The notes below the pieces were generated by a model. It saw only the letters and a list, made by a program, of their open reading frames with translations, searched no databases and was not told where the DNA came from. From assembly GCA_040954595.2 (NCBI GenBank), contig CM082579.2, forward strand, positions 1,253,908 through 1,317,907: a stretch of 64,000 nucleotides of DNA, given 5' to 3'. How positions within the stretch are numbered: position 1 is the first letter of the stretch; each line of letters opens with the position of its first letter. The position numbers and the translations under genes were made by a program. Origin of the DNA: Balanoglossus misakiensis (taxonomy: Eukaryota > Animalia > Hemichordata). Of this stretch, positions 11,044-23,900 are shown one piece after another.

Positions 11044-12449
11044 TTCTTTCCGTCAGGTATGTCAGAAGTGTCAGCGATTTGTTCCATATTTTGAATGCCA
11101 GAACATCTGAACTAAGTGATAAGTTGATATGACTCTACAGCTCTGAATTTGTCAGACTGCATGCACAGACGAGAGTTATAAAGCTGGACAGGGTCATTTT
11201 TTTATGAAATTGTCTACAAGCTGTTAAACCACTTAATGTCAAATCGTCCAATTCTCACTATGTCACACCTTTTCCTTTCTAGTGTTTCATCGTTGGAGGA
11301 TTGTAGAAGAGAACCCCCATATGCTGGAGAACAATGCAAAGTGCTTCATAACGCTACACACCACAACACCATCTCCAAGACAGGATTGACTAGCGATTTC
11401 TTGTGTGCTTTAATTTGTGGAAATAAAGAAAATTATAAGTAGAAATAAACAGCCCAAGACTCTTTGATGTGTGACATAGAATTTATAGTTAATAATAGGC
11501 CAAAATGCTTTAAATAGAACAGAGCATTTGCCGATGTGCTTTATAATTAATTCAGAACGGTACTGATCTGTAGCGTTACGTGTTTTTACATCTCATCCTT
11601 CGGACGTTTTCCTCTTTGGTGCTTCTGTGGTGAATTAACCACATCCAAAAGTTGGAGAGTAAATCTCCACCTCCACATAACCGGCCGATCGCAAACCTTT
11701 TGTTGACAGAAATTTGATCGTTGGTTCTCATCTCTCTCTCTCCCATCTCCTCTCTTCTCTCGTCTAAAATGTCACCACATATAATATACATCAGTCAAAT
11801 ATTAAGTCATAAAAAGAAGACGCCATCTTAATCTAGGAAATGTATATGTGCTGTGCAGGTAATGTACATCATAGTGCATATGTAGATATATAGTATGCAA
11901 TTCTGTGTAAGCATAGGAAATGAAAAAAGACTCCGCGAATCTTACTAAAAGTTCCACCCTTGCCACGGCAACGCACACTATAGTAAACCTAAGGCGAAGA
12001 GGGCTTTCAAAATGAAAACAAAACACGTGAAACATGATGGTATTAAATGATTGAGCCACTACTAGAACACACTTCAAGTGGAAACAGAGAAAATTGAAGG
12101 TTTCGTGTTCTGAGTTAAAATAAGCGAAAATTCACTTCACTTTAGATTGCCGATAGACTCGTCAGCATGATACTTCAACAATTTCATTAGGGGAGGTGGA
12201 ATTATTTTTTCGGTCTATTTGCATTTATTCCTCTGATTTCAAAGCAAATTACAACCAATAGCGTGAGGATATAAATAATTCGTCGAAATGTTGGATCAGT
12301 CGTAAAATGACATTTTCTCGTAAACTGCCTTTATCAATCACGAAAATGATCTTGGCCATATTGCTCAATTATAGAATCTTTTGTTTTTGACGTGTGTGGA
12401 CCACCACTTCTGCTCAACTTCCAAGAAGGAAGTTCATGCATCAGATATT

Positions 12450-12474
12450 TGTCACGCATACACATGTATTTAAA
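12450..12474 (+). promoter_or_regulatory. TGTCACGCA box + TATTTAAA of paralog E
   Basis: TGTCACGCA at 12450-12458 and TATTTAAA at 12467-12474; exon 1 ends at 12558. Confidence 0.72.
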
Positions 12475-12701
12475 CTGGCGTTGACACAAGACTCTTCACT
12501 CCTACCAAGGTAATTCCGAAAGAAGGAACTTTCTGTCGACAAAGATCTCCTGTAACAGGTAAATATGCAATCTATACTACCTTCGATTTATGCCTAATGC
12601 AGGCTGCACGTGTTGACGCGATTGATGTCTAGCACCTGTTAGTCTTCGTCGTGACTAAAATCCTCATTGTTTTTTTTTTTCTCCAAAGTTTTCCTATCAC
12701 T

Positions 12702-13052
12702 ATGAAGACCGCCTGCATTCTGATTGTCATCTTTTGTGTCGCCGTTTCGATGGTGCAATCTTTCGGTGAGTACAATTCGTACCTAATTGTCACATTCTGA
12801 AGGTTTTATTTTTTGTGACATCTAAAATGGAAGTGCTTGCATTTGTTATTCCTTTGCCTTGTACAGCTCCGCTAAACGTTATTATATTTCGCCGCTGGCT
12901 TGGAGCCAAGCAAATCCTTCCAGGAAGAATTCGTCGACGCGTTGGTCTCCTACAACAACGAAGGTTCAATTGCAGTCAATTGTTTAAGCTGTATCCAGTG
13001 TATTATGCACGGCTATGGTGCCTGCCCAGCAGGATGCCCTGGCTGTACTTAA
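12702..13052 (+). pseudogene. Paralog E of the Cys-rich peptide family: probable pseudogene (exon-3 acceptor deleted)
   Basis: The signal exon 12702-12765 is intact (MKTACILIVIFCVAVSMVQSF+G). Relative to paralog F, ~120 nt containing the acceptor and GDFKDTPVEIVIH are replaced by 24 nt of filler (12877-12900). The remainder reads EPSKSFQEEFVDALVSYNNEGSIAVNCLSCIQCIMHGYGACPAGCPGCT* to 13052. The best remaining acceptor (12866) gives a shifted frame. Confidence 0.8.
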
Positions 13053-13499
13053 TTCTTTCCAACAGGTATGTTAGGAGTGACAGCGATTTGTTCCATATTT
13101 TAAATGATTGTCAAAACATCATTCTGAACTAAGTGATTAGTTGATTGATTCTACAGCTCTGAATCTGTCTGACCGCATGCATGCACAGACGAGCGTTATA
13201 AAGTTGGACAGGATCAACACTTATGATATTGTTCGCCATTTGTTAAATTAAAGTCAAATCTTCATATTTTCACTATGTAACAATCTTTCCTTTCTAGTGT
13301 TTCATCGATGGAAGATTCTAGAAGATAAAACACATATTCGGTAGAACAATGCAAAGTGCTTCATAACGCTACACACCACAACACCATCTCCAAGAAAGGA
13401 TTGACTAGCGATTTCTTGTGTTCTGTAATTTGTGGAAATAAAGAAAATTATAAGCATAAACGTTTGAATTTGTTGTGCCATATCACAAACGGATCGTTC

Positions 13500-14420
13500 C
13501 ACTGTATCTAGCCATCTACCAATATCACGTTCATCCCTAGTATTTCGACTGTCCCTGGGGAAACGCTCAAGTATCTACCCCGACCCCTGCCTGACCTCCT
13601 CCCTGTGTCCAATGAGACACAGTCCCTGTGGATGAGACGAGCGGAGTTTTCAGGGCTTCTTCAGAAATGACAGTAGAATTAACGTCTGTTCTCTCGAACC
13701 CGGAATCAACTTTACTGTTGAAAACAACCTCCCTATCCTGCGATAAATTAGCATCCCCCATATACACGTGGCCATGATACGATTTTACCGGACATAATGC
13801 TTTCTAAGAAAACTGCACTAATCTAAAATCGTACAGCCGACACAGAGATCTGACGGGACGATGAATGCCTAAATGAACACTGTATAGCTTTCAAATCACT
13901 GCAAAAGAAGGCGATACAAAAGCCCAGAGTGAATGTGTTGCGCTGACCTGCGTGAACAGATCCCGTAAGGAGTACGGTGCCCAGAGCGCTCAACACGCCA
14001 CGAACTTCTGTGACCTCTCTTCTGCACACAACAATAAAAGGTTCTCAACAAACAACATTCATCGACCAAACCTGACCGCTGCGTCGATCCAGACCTTGGC
14101 GAATATTCGGAAGGGGCTCCTGAACCAAAGTTGCCCCTAACAAACCCACCGCTGCCACCAATTGTAACGGAAATCCAAACGGTCGCGGTCCACCTCTGAA
14201 AACTGGTAGCGCGCAGGCGCACACAGCCTCTCACAAACACTGAAACAGCGCCATCTCTACACACGGCCGGAACTCGACGGAAAGCATCGGCTCACACCGA
14301 ACTGCTACGGTAAACACGTCATAGAACTCGCGATCGGTGACCCGGGGCTGGCTATCCGGTAGGGATAAAACAGGACTAATTAATCAGGCTCGAACCTAAA
14401 AAAACATGCTGAGAAGTGCT
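13500..14420. mobile_element. Unclassified GC/CpG-rich insertion, probably a transposon fragment
   Basis: Abrupt compositional change relative to the flanks; not shared with the duplicated peptide-gene units. No intact ORF or terminal repeats recognised. Confidence 0.3.
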
Positions 14421-14446
14421 GGACATGATAAAACTGTCTACAAATT

Positions 14447-14448
<2 letters not shown>

Positions 14449-14485
<37 letters not shown>
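14449..14485. repeat. (GA)n microsatellite
   Basis: Direct reading of the sequence. Confidence 0.9.
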
Positions 14486-14486
<1 letters not shown>

Positions 14487-14949
14487 GTTTGGTAAATGGT
14501 TTTCTGATATCTTCATATCATAATATCAAATGTCATAAATGTCGACCATTATGCATCGTATTTCCCCACACCTCTTTCTGGAGTGCCCAACTGAAGAAGC
14601 AGAGGAGTCAGGGTAACCGAGACTAGCAGACATACAAGTCAGTCCAATAACGGTCACCATGGCTACACCACCACGCAAGCAAAGCCACACAGAAACACCA
14701 TGTAGAATAATAAATCACATGGAATAGCAATTCCATAACAATATAAAATCAGTAACGAAACCATGTTGACAATCAGAAATTAAATTAGCAACATGTTTAC
14801 ATAAAAAAAAAATCTCTAAAACCTTACTGAATAATGGTAACGATGACGCTTGCCTGTTTTTTCTTACATCCTGCTTATCACCCTTTTAAAAATCGACACG
14901 ACGTTGTTACATTTAAAAAATGTTGGAAAAATTCCATTGAATTCCAACC

Positions 14950-15870
14950 ATTGAATCTATCCAAAACTGTATCACTGACATCAAGCAGTGGATGACTAAC
15001 AAATTCCAACTGAATGGCAGTTAAACTGAAGCAATAATAATATCGAGACTATCTGCAAAATCATCCTTAGGCCTTGCCGTCATTTTGGAGATTCCGTGAT
15101 ATTGTTTGCCTCCAGTGTTAAAGACCTAGGAGTCATAATTGACTCCAACTTGAACATGTCTGATCATGTGCAGAATACTTGCAAAGCTGCCTACGCCCAA
15201 CTTAGACAGATAAGCTCTATCCGTCATTTCCTCACTCAACAAGCCACTCAAACTCTCGTCATTTCACTTGTTCTGTCACGCTTAGAATGTTGGAACTGTC
15301 TCCTTTCTAGTTGTTCTAAACAGCTTATAGACAAGTTGCAAAGAGTGCAAAATGCACAGTACATACCAAATCGACAACTCCGCTATTCATCAGATTCTAG
15401 ACTTGTCATCATTCCTAGAGTTTCCACAAAGACATATCCCCTCAGATTCGCACTACCAACTTTCACTAACGCATTGACATGTTCAAAACTTACATGTACT
15501 TGGGCGTCGTATCCACCTTCTTTCCAGCAACTGCTTGGGTAAAAAAAACACGGGGACGCATACACGTGGACTTCCAAATTTAATACGGAAAAAAAAACAA
15601 TTACACGGACGCCTGCGCACTGACCGCACACGCCAGGTCAAATAAAGCGCAATGCGACAAACGAAACTATGAATATGCATTGAATTCATGACAAAGATCG
15701 TTCGCATATATTGGTCCCAAATTATGGAATAATCTTGTGTGTGTGCCTTGATTCCTGTGCCTGTGTTTCAACAAGTCCTCCTCTTCAGTTTACTTGTTGC
15801 CATCCCGTGCCTTGAGCTCTGATTATCAGAGATTATAGGCGCATTATAAATTGTCTTTCTTATTATTATT
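14950..15870 (+). mobile_element. Degenerate 5'-truncated non-LTR retrotransposon (L2/CR1-group LINE), 3' end
   Basis: C-terminal RT-region motifs IQNCITDIKQWM...QLN and VKDLGVIIDSNLNMSDHV...LRQISSIRHFL...LVLSRL...KLQRVQNA, with stops and deletions. The 3' tail gccttgagc...ggcgcattataaat...(TTA)n ends at 15870. Confidence 0.85.
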
Positions 15871-16181
15871 GCCGATGCACTCATCAGCACGATACTTCAA
15901 CAATTTAATTAGGGGAGGTGGAATTATTTTTTCGGTCAATTTGCATTGATTCCTCTGACTTCAAAGCAAACTACAACCAATAGCGTGAGGGTATAAATAA
16001 TTTGTCGAAATATTGGATCAGTCGTAAAAAGTCGGCTTCTCGTAAACTGCCTTGGAATAATTTTATTAATCACGAAAATGATTTTGGCCCCATTACTCCA
16101 TTTTAGAATCGTTTGTTTTTGACGTGTCTTTAACACGAATTCGGCTCAGCTTCCAAGAAGGAAGTTCATGCATCAGATATT

Positions 16182-16206
16182 TGTCACGCATACACATGTA
16201 TTTAAA
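16182..16206 (+). promoter_or_regulatory. TGTCACGCA box + TATTTAAA of paralog F
   Basis: TGTCACGCA at 16182-16190 and TATTTAAA at 16199-16206; exon 1 ends at 16290. Confidence 0.72.
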
Positions 16207-16743
16207 CTGGCGTTGACACAAGCCTCTTCACTCCCACCAAGGTAATCCCGAAAGAAGGAACTTTCTGACGACAAAGATCTCCTGTAACAGGTAAATATGC
16301 AATCTATACTACCTTCGATTTATGCCTAATGCAGGCTGCACGTGTTGACGCGATTGATGTCTAGCACCTGTTAGTCTTCGTCGTGACTAAAATCAGAGTC
16401 CACAGCATAATTGTGGTTCTCCACTTAGAAATATAAGTTTAGTTCTCGGGAAAATGTATGTCAGTAGAAGTATCCGCAAAATGTTTCCTTTTGTGTCAGG
16501 CTTACCTCAGTCTTTCAAATGCCTGGCCGGCAAGCTCCTTATCAGAAAATGCTCAATTCGTACAATCATATTTATTTGCTCAGACGTCTAATTTGTATTG
16601 AGGAATTACGTCAATAACATTTTGTGTTTAACTTAAATTATGCGCTGTGAGATGGGATTACTGCAGTTGGTTTTGTCTAACTCTAAAAATATATTCATCA
16701 GATATCCTCATTGTTTTTTTTTCTCCAAAGTTTTGCTATCACT

Positions 16744-17188
16744 ATGAAGACCGCCTGCGTTCTGATTGTCATCTTTTGTGCCGTCGTTTCGATGGTGCAA
16801 TCTTTTGGTGAGTACAATTCGTACCTAATTGTCACATTCTGAATTGTTTTATTTTTTGTGACATCTAAAATGGAAGTGCTAGCATTTGTTATTCCTTTGC
16901 CTTATACAGCTCCGCTAAAATTAAGTTTAACTCATTGAAAATCAAGTTTAAGTTTCTAAGCGTGCAAATTTCACAAACTTTGTTTCTGTAACTCTAACAG
17001 GCGATTTCAAAGATACTCCCGTGGAGATTGTCATCCATATGGAGCCAAGCAAATCCTTCCAGGAAGACTTCGTCAATTTGTTGATCCAAGGCAGTGGTGC
17101 TTCAACTGCAACCGATTGCAGCAGCTGTACATGGTGTCAGATTTACGGCTATGGTTACTGCGCACCAGGATGCCCTGGCTGTAGTTAA
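16744..17188 (+). CDS. Small secreted Cys-rich peptide precursor, paralog F (83 aa)
   Basis: Exons 16744-16807 (MKTACVLIVIFCAVVSMVQSF+G|gtgagt) and 17001-17188 (GDFKDTPVEIVIHMEPSKSFQEDFVNLLIQGSGASTATDCSSCTWCQIYGYGYCAPGCPGCS*). The UTR intron spans 17202-17406, with AATAAA near 17539. Not in the ORF track. Confidence 0.92.
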
Positions 17189-18272
17189 TTCTTTCCGACA
17201 GGTATGTTTTTAAATGATTGTCAAAACATCATTCTGAACTAAGTGATTAGTGACTAATTCTACAGCTCTGAATCTGTCTGACCGCATGCATGCACAGACG
17301 AGCGTTATAAAGTTGGACAGGATCAACACTTATGATATTGTCTGCCATTTGTTAAATTAAAGTCAAATCTTCATATTTTCACTATGTAACAATCTTTCCT
17401 TTCTAGTGTTTCATCGATGGAGGATTCTAGAAGATAAAACACATATTCGGTAGAACAATGCTTCATAACGCTACACACCACAACACCATCTCCAAGAAAG
17501 GATTGACTAGCGATTTCTTGTGTGCTTTAATTTGTGGAAATAAAGATTATGCATAAGTAGAATTAACCGGCTGAGACTTGTTTCAATGTGACATATAACT
17601 TAATAGTCTAAGAGGATGTTGATAATACACAGAGGGGTGCACGGTATTGGGTACAACACCATACTTTAAGGAATCGAACAAAGATCTGCAAATGATAGAC
17701 GGATGGCGTGCCTCCCAAATGTGTTGGGGCTGGAGGCCTTCGCGAGTCTCGTCGGGGTGTCGGTTGATGTGAAGAGACAGTACTCATACAATCCACTTAC
17801 GCAATCAGTCACCTGTTTGATTTCGTGAGTTAATTCGTTAAAAAGACACCGAACATTTTTTGATGTAGTATGACGCAATTAGCATTTTATTTCTTAACCT
17901 TACAGAGATGATATCAACATTTCATCAAGGGATATGAATTCCAGGTGCATCAAACTCTAGGGGTCGTCATTGACTAAGGTCCTGAGAAATCGCCAATATC
18001 TGAAATATAAATTGCATAAGTGTCAATTAGTCTGGGCATTCGTATATTCTTAACTTTGCGATTTCTGGAAAAGCCTGAAATATTTATAATATTTTCTGGT
18101 TTGATGATAATCAGTCAATTTGGCCATAAAATTTTAGTGTATCGTCTATATGTATCGTTATACTGGATCGGGAGTGACCGTGCTTTCATAGGCGATTAGA
18201 AGCGGGACGAGAGCTTTGACGCTTCCGAAGTTTCACATGCAAATCTTGAAAGAAACAGAAATCCCCAATACC

Positions 18273-18657
18273 TTAATGACAGATGCAGCCTGCTGGACAC
18301 ACACCGTAACCATGAACGATACAAGACGCTTTGTTGCAGCAATCAACTGCAGCTGTGCCGGCACTTCCCACCGTCATCAACTCTTCAACGAAGTCCTTCT
18401 GGAAGTTTACGTCAGGGGTCATATGAATGACAATTTGAACAGGCAGATCTCGGAAGTTTTCTGTTGAGACAGGAAATAATTATGCAGCCAGTTTTATTTG
18501 ACCTGTTTCGATTCGATTCTCTCTCTCTCTCTCTCTCAATACAAAGGTTAAAAACTCGTCTTTTATAAAAGAATACAAAAGTTTCGCGAAACTTACCAAA
18601 AGATTCCACCGTTGCCACGGCGACGCACAATAATCCAAAGACAAAAACAGATTTCAT
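18273..18657 (-). CDS. Small secreted Cys-rich peptide precursor, paralog G (82 aa)
   Basis: Exons 18657-18597 (MKSVFVFGLLCVAVATVESF+G nt|gtaagt) and 18460-18273 (ENFRDLPVQIVIHMTPDVNFQKDFVEELMTVGSAGTAAVDCCNKASCIVHGYGVCPAGCICH*). Exon 1 ends at 18792. A probable UTR exon starts at 18074, with AATAAA at 17891-17886. Confidence 0.9.
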
Positions 18658-18885
18658 ATTGGTATCTGGAATAAAAATGAACAAATCAGATGAAACATCT
18701 AGGAGAAGCTTGACCAATAAACGACGAAACTAGCGGGCAGCAACACCATGGAAATTCATGGAAAGGATTAAAAAAAATAAGCCATATTTACCGATGTGAC
18801 GGGCAACTTGAAGTTCACAACTTTGTCAGCTGAAAGTTGTTTGCTTAACGATCGAATTGGATGCAGTCTTCTTCGCCCTCCGACT

Positions 18886-18909
18886 TTTTATACCCAGGTG
18901 TGCGTGACA
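18886..18909 (-). promoter_or_regulatory. TGTCACGCA box + TATAAAA of paralog G
   Basis: tgcgtgaca at 18901-18909 and ttttata at 18886-18892 (TATAAAA on the minus strand). Confidence 0.75.
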
Positions 18910-20998
18910 GCCACATAATTCCCGTGCAGCGATCGCGTTGTGCGTGATTTTATTGCACGTCGATCATCCTTGTCAGTTGTTACTTAATAGAAATGTCTAG
19001 CACATTATCTAACATCATCATGTGTCACGTTTTATGTTCAATTTATCAAAATCCATGATCATTTTCGTTCCACACAAATGTTTTTGACGTACGCTCTTAC
19101 TCCCTACACGCCAAGTCATTTCAGTTGATCAAAGAACCGGTGACTTACGATGCATGCCATGAAAGAAACTTTTAAATTTATTGACAACAGGACCGTTAAA
19201 TGCAACTCACAGAAGCTGCAATTGCTTTCATTACTTTCAATAGTGCTCCTCTTAAACTTAGATTGGTTCATTTAAGTAACTTTAATAGGGGGTATACACA
19301 TTCGAACTATCAATCCCTGAAACCCCTGATTATGACTGCACAGTTGCCTCACCCGTTTAAGATAGATGACTCAGTATACGACTACTCACAAGTTATAATA
19401 TTGTCATTTTCCTGCTTAATGTATACATATGTGTATGTACATATGATTTAAATGGTTTAATCATTAGGTGTTATAAAACTACCGTGTAAAACGCAAGGTC
19501 ACACATAAATATAGACATCGTGTTATATCACTGATGTATGCTGCATCAGACATATAGGTGGCGTCATATTGGTCTGATAACACAGCAAGATATTTTGTGA
19601 CAGCTGATTGCGCACAGAACACAGGTGACATGCCTTTGGCTGAAGTCGTGGTATTTCCTCTGATTCTCGTCTTTGTCACGGTGGTTGCCATAGCTATGAC
19701 CCTACCAGAATTTCACAGAAGATGGAAATTATTAAGTGACCGGCAATTTTTCTGATTACCGGTTGACGGTAAGTCATCAATGTGCTTTGCGACTTTTTTT
19801 GTTGTTCTGCCAAAATAAAAACATGTGACTGAGCATTGCTTGGTTTTTGAAGACAATGCAACCTGTTGTAAGTTTTCACGAAATCATAAAACCCACGTAT
19901 ATGAAAAGGTCATCTTGGAGGCTGAACCAATCGAACAGCCGGAACCGAAGATATACCAGTATCCAAACGATGTAGAATGGTTTGGCGCCCCCAAACATGT
20001 TCAATCCTATTTCAGTCGACGTCGGTTCCTTGAATAGGCGTCGATGAAGACACAACTTCAATGACATAGAATCAACTGTTCAAACCTCCGCTGATACAAA
20101 GCCGAAGAGCGTATTGGGATTTTTTTTTGTTTGAAAAGTGGACTTGCTTTGAACGATGTTCTCTTCATTGTTGTCAGCGCATTTACATTGTGATGGCAGC
20201 TGTAACCTCGTCAGTATTAAAGCGACATACAACATGTCCTGTCATCATAATTTAAACCAGTTGTCTAAGATAATGTACCCATTACTAACTTGAAGCTTAG
20301 TGCCTAACACCTCAAAACGATAACGTTAATATTGGATGTGTAAATTTAATTAATGTGGGTTCAAAGTGGTCCGACAAACCACATTAGAACCAAAAATTGG
20401 GCGGCGTATCTAAAAGGCCGCTATGTCTATTGGCATAGACGTGGTCTTAAGGAATTTCTTTTATACTGTATCTTCTGTTGACATTGACACTGCGGTTCTA
20501 TGGCTTCTTCACGTTCAAGGTGAAGAAATCTGGAAGGTCGAGGTTGCCCCTCCTTATGCGACGTCATAAACTACCTTGTTCATATTATTGGTGTTATTCA
20601 ATCGGTAGGGTGTTTCTCATGAACAATTTCGTCATCGTTTGATAATAAAATGACGAGTTTTATCACATAAATTTAGGCGGTGATAGATACCGGATATTTA
20701 TACGGATATCGAATTTAAAGTGTGGCCTGTTGTGCCCTGTGACTGGACTGTGAATCGTAGCGGAGCTCCGTGTGTGTGTGTGTGTGTGTGTCATTGAGGT
20801 GGGAGGGTCCCTATCAACGCATCATATGAATATTCATAAGGTTACTATGTGCGTGTTGAACTATTCAGTTTGTGAGTTACCTTTGTAACAGCTGTCAAAC
20901 GATCGACGTGCTGTGCGTAGTACGGCTCCACCCTGTACTCATCATAACCTAATTAATAACAAATTGATGTAAATTTCATATCGAGCTTATTTTTAACC

Positions 20999-23900
20999 AT
21001 GGCGAGCACAAAACGTCACGTTTTCAGCAGTAATTTATTCAGTCATCGGAAAAGCTTCAAAGTGAAGGCATTGCAGGCGGAATTCGAAGATATGAAGCCG
21101 ACAAGCGCTGAGTCGAAACAAACCATGCCAAGTCTGATCATGGAAGACGGACTTGTTAACGGCGTTAACGGACACCCCGAAAATTTAAGAATACCAGCGA
21201 AATATCCGATGAAGAAGGTTTATTTTGTCACAGAAGATACAGAGTGTAACGACGAGGCCGACGAAAACAGAACTTTGCGTTTCGTTGGTAGACGCGGTTT
21301 TAAGTCGACTAAAGCTGAGGAAGATATAATCAGCGTCAACGGAACCGTCCGCGGGGTTAAAAATCGTGTCCGAGCTGGAGTGACACAGTTTGAATTTCGG
21401 CCGTTACTTAGTACATCATCAAGGGTAAGAACTTGTTTGAATAATTTTATCGCACGTTACAGGTTAATGCCCCTTTAATCTGTTTTAATTATGCAAAAGA
21501 AAAAACAATGTTTCATGCATATATATGACAAAAGGATAGTTTCTCAGTAAATAGTAACCACGGAAAATGTGCATACGACTTTTTTAATAGTAAGTTTTTG
21601 GCATTAAGTCGTCCGTTTTGGAATCTGTAACCCACATGTAGATTTCATGTGATTATTTAGTTAATGTGCGAAAAAAATGCCACAAAGTACGTACTGTTGA
21701 CATGGTGTCTCGATCATTATCACTGTGTGTACAAAATAAATGCTATTTCTGTTGCACATTGAACCTTGTCCAACACTTAACTGTACTGCAGGTTCAATAT
21801 TGGCAGATACCTCTATTGATCAAGTAATTGTTATCACCTGGCCAGATGATACTGCTCGTGGTGTCGTGTGTACACAGACGCGCAACGTGGACGTCTATCT
21901 ATTGTTATGACGATGACGTTATCGAGAGATGGGCCTTGAGAATTTAGCAATACATGCCAAAGTTGAACTTGTAGTCTGCACGTACTATTTAAGCTGCTTT
22001 TGAAATTGGGCGCATATCGTATACACGGATGTCTTTAACTACATTAATTTCACTCTGAAATAATCTCCGTATTGACAACAAATATACAAGATAACTCGTA
22101 TGATATGCCACGGGGTTATATCAGTATCATTTATAATAGTTGTTCTTAATAATTTGAACGAAAATGCGCACTTTTTAAAAAAGCACATGAAAAGTCCTAG
22201 TATACTATTATACTACGCCATGTAATTGTTGAAACACATGACTGCAACTTGCGAGTTTTTTGGTGTCAAGATTTCACATAAATCGTAGGTTTTTGGATTG
22301 AGTGACCGGGGTTTAGCCATTGTGCTTCAGGACATAAATTAGGAGAAACAATTAAGAGGAAAATACTTTAATATCTTTAGTTAAATCCTGTTTTCTGTGC
22401 TTCATTGGTTGCATGTAACTATCTGCGTTTTCAATAGTGGGAGGTGACAGTTAAGACTTAGAATGAGTCACAAAAAAGTATTGTTTAGTATTAACTTGGA
22501 TACCTTTAATGTGCTTGAGTGATCAAAGACCCTTTTAAAGCCCTAAATCCGATTGTTGTGGCTTTAGTATGATGTAACTGTGTGAATAGATCTGCCTTTG
22601 AATACAAAATGAACACCCAACTTCCGAAATGCGGTTTGTCATTTGAGGTTTTATGGCTGCGCCCAGGTTTTGGAGGGAGGGGTGCATTGCAGGTGACAAA
22701 TAACTGGACCTCGGGGGGAGGGGCATTTCTGGGTTTGGCTTTTTTGGTATATTAACCATGGGGTGTTGGTCATTCTTATTCTAGTGACACAACAGAGTGA
22801 GTCCAAATGTATGTACTTTGTGAGTTTGTTCCGGTTGGGATAATGAATAGGTGACCTCTATTTGTGTGTCTACAGTCTAGCTCTCACAGTCTATTGATTA
22901 CACAGTCAGTAAGCTTTGATGGTTCTCTGCCTATCATTTGCAGAAATTAACACTTTTCAAATTTAATTTTTTTAATTGTCCCAATACATATGCTATGATT
23001 TATGTAAATTTGATACAAATTTCGAACTTTTAAAATAAAAATAATGACAAAGTTTGATATCTACAAAAAACAAACAAACAAAAGAACAACACACCCCTCC
23101 CCCCCCCCCCCACACACACACACACACAAATTACATGCAAACTGAAGCTTATCTGGTGAGCTGAAGCCTGGTAACAGTAACAACATATTTTTGTGTAAAA
23201 TCAGTCTAATTGGCAGGGAAGCTAGGCCACATGCAGGGCCATATGGAACTTAGGTAACACTTTGTTTTGACCAATCTACTGGCGACATTATGAATTGTAA
23301 GAGCATTGGTGAGTAACCCACTTGAGTAAAGCAGTATAATAAAAAAAGGCAGCTAGATTGTTTGATTTACTCTTTGACTCAGCTGCAATATTTGGACACA
23401 CCCTAAAAATACACCACTCAGAGCGACACAACCTTGGCGGAATACTTGAAGCAAATGGCACATATTGACATTTATGCCAGAATTTATGATTAAAATGGAA
23501 GTCCAATAAAATCCTTTTGTCAGCTGGTCGATCAATAAAAAGGTAATTTTCTTCCCAGGTAGAAAGAGTGAGGTAGGTGCCAGTTGGTCTGGGGGCAAAG
23601 GTCAAATCTGCCCCTTCTGAGAATTTTTATGTGTTTATAATAGCATTAGCTTAAATCATGTAATACTGTGGTCTAGTCGTACAGCTAGCATGAACTACTT
23701 AAAAATGGCCTGCATGCCCTCAGGAAACATAAACTCTGTGTGGTTTTGTTATTCATATACTTTTATAAGCTCTTTGAAAAAGACATCAGATTTTTTATAT
23801 CTCAGACTTCAGCAACAAAAGCGTATTCTTGTAGAATGCTGGGATGAAGAAATATGAGCATCCTTCCTGTACCGTTGGTTTGCTTTAGTTGCAGGAATTG

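Noticed and set aside
10809-11132. 107-aa ORF overlapping paralog D exon 3 (and similar antisense ORFs at 7256-7465 and 18216-18467)
   Set aside because: Shadow frames of the real peptide exons that run across splice sites.
15096-15542. 148-aa ORF as a host gene
   Set aside because: It is a fragment of LINE ORF2 with internal deletions.
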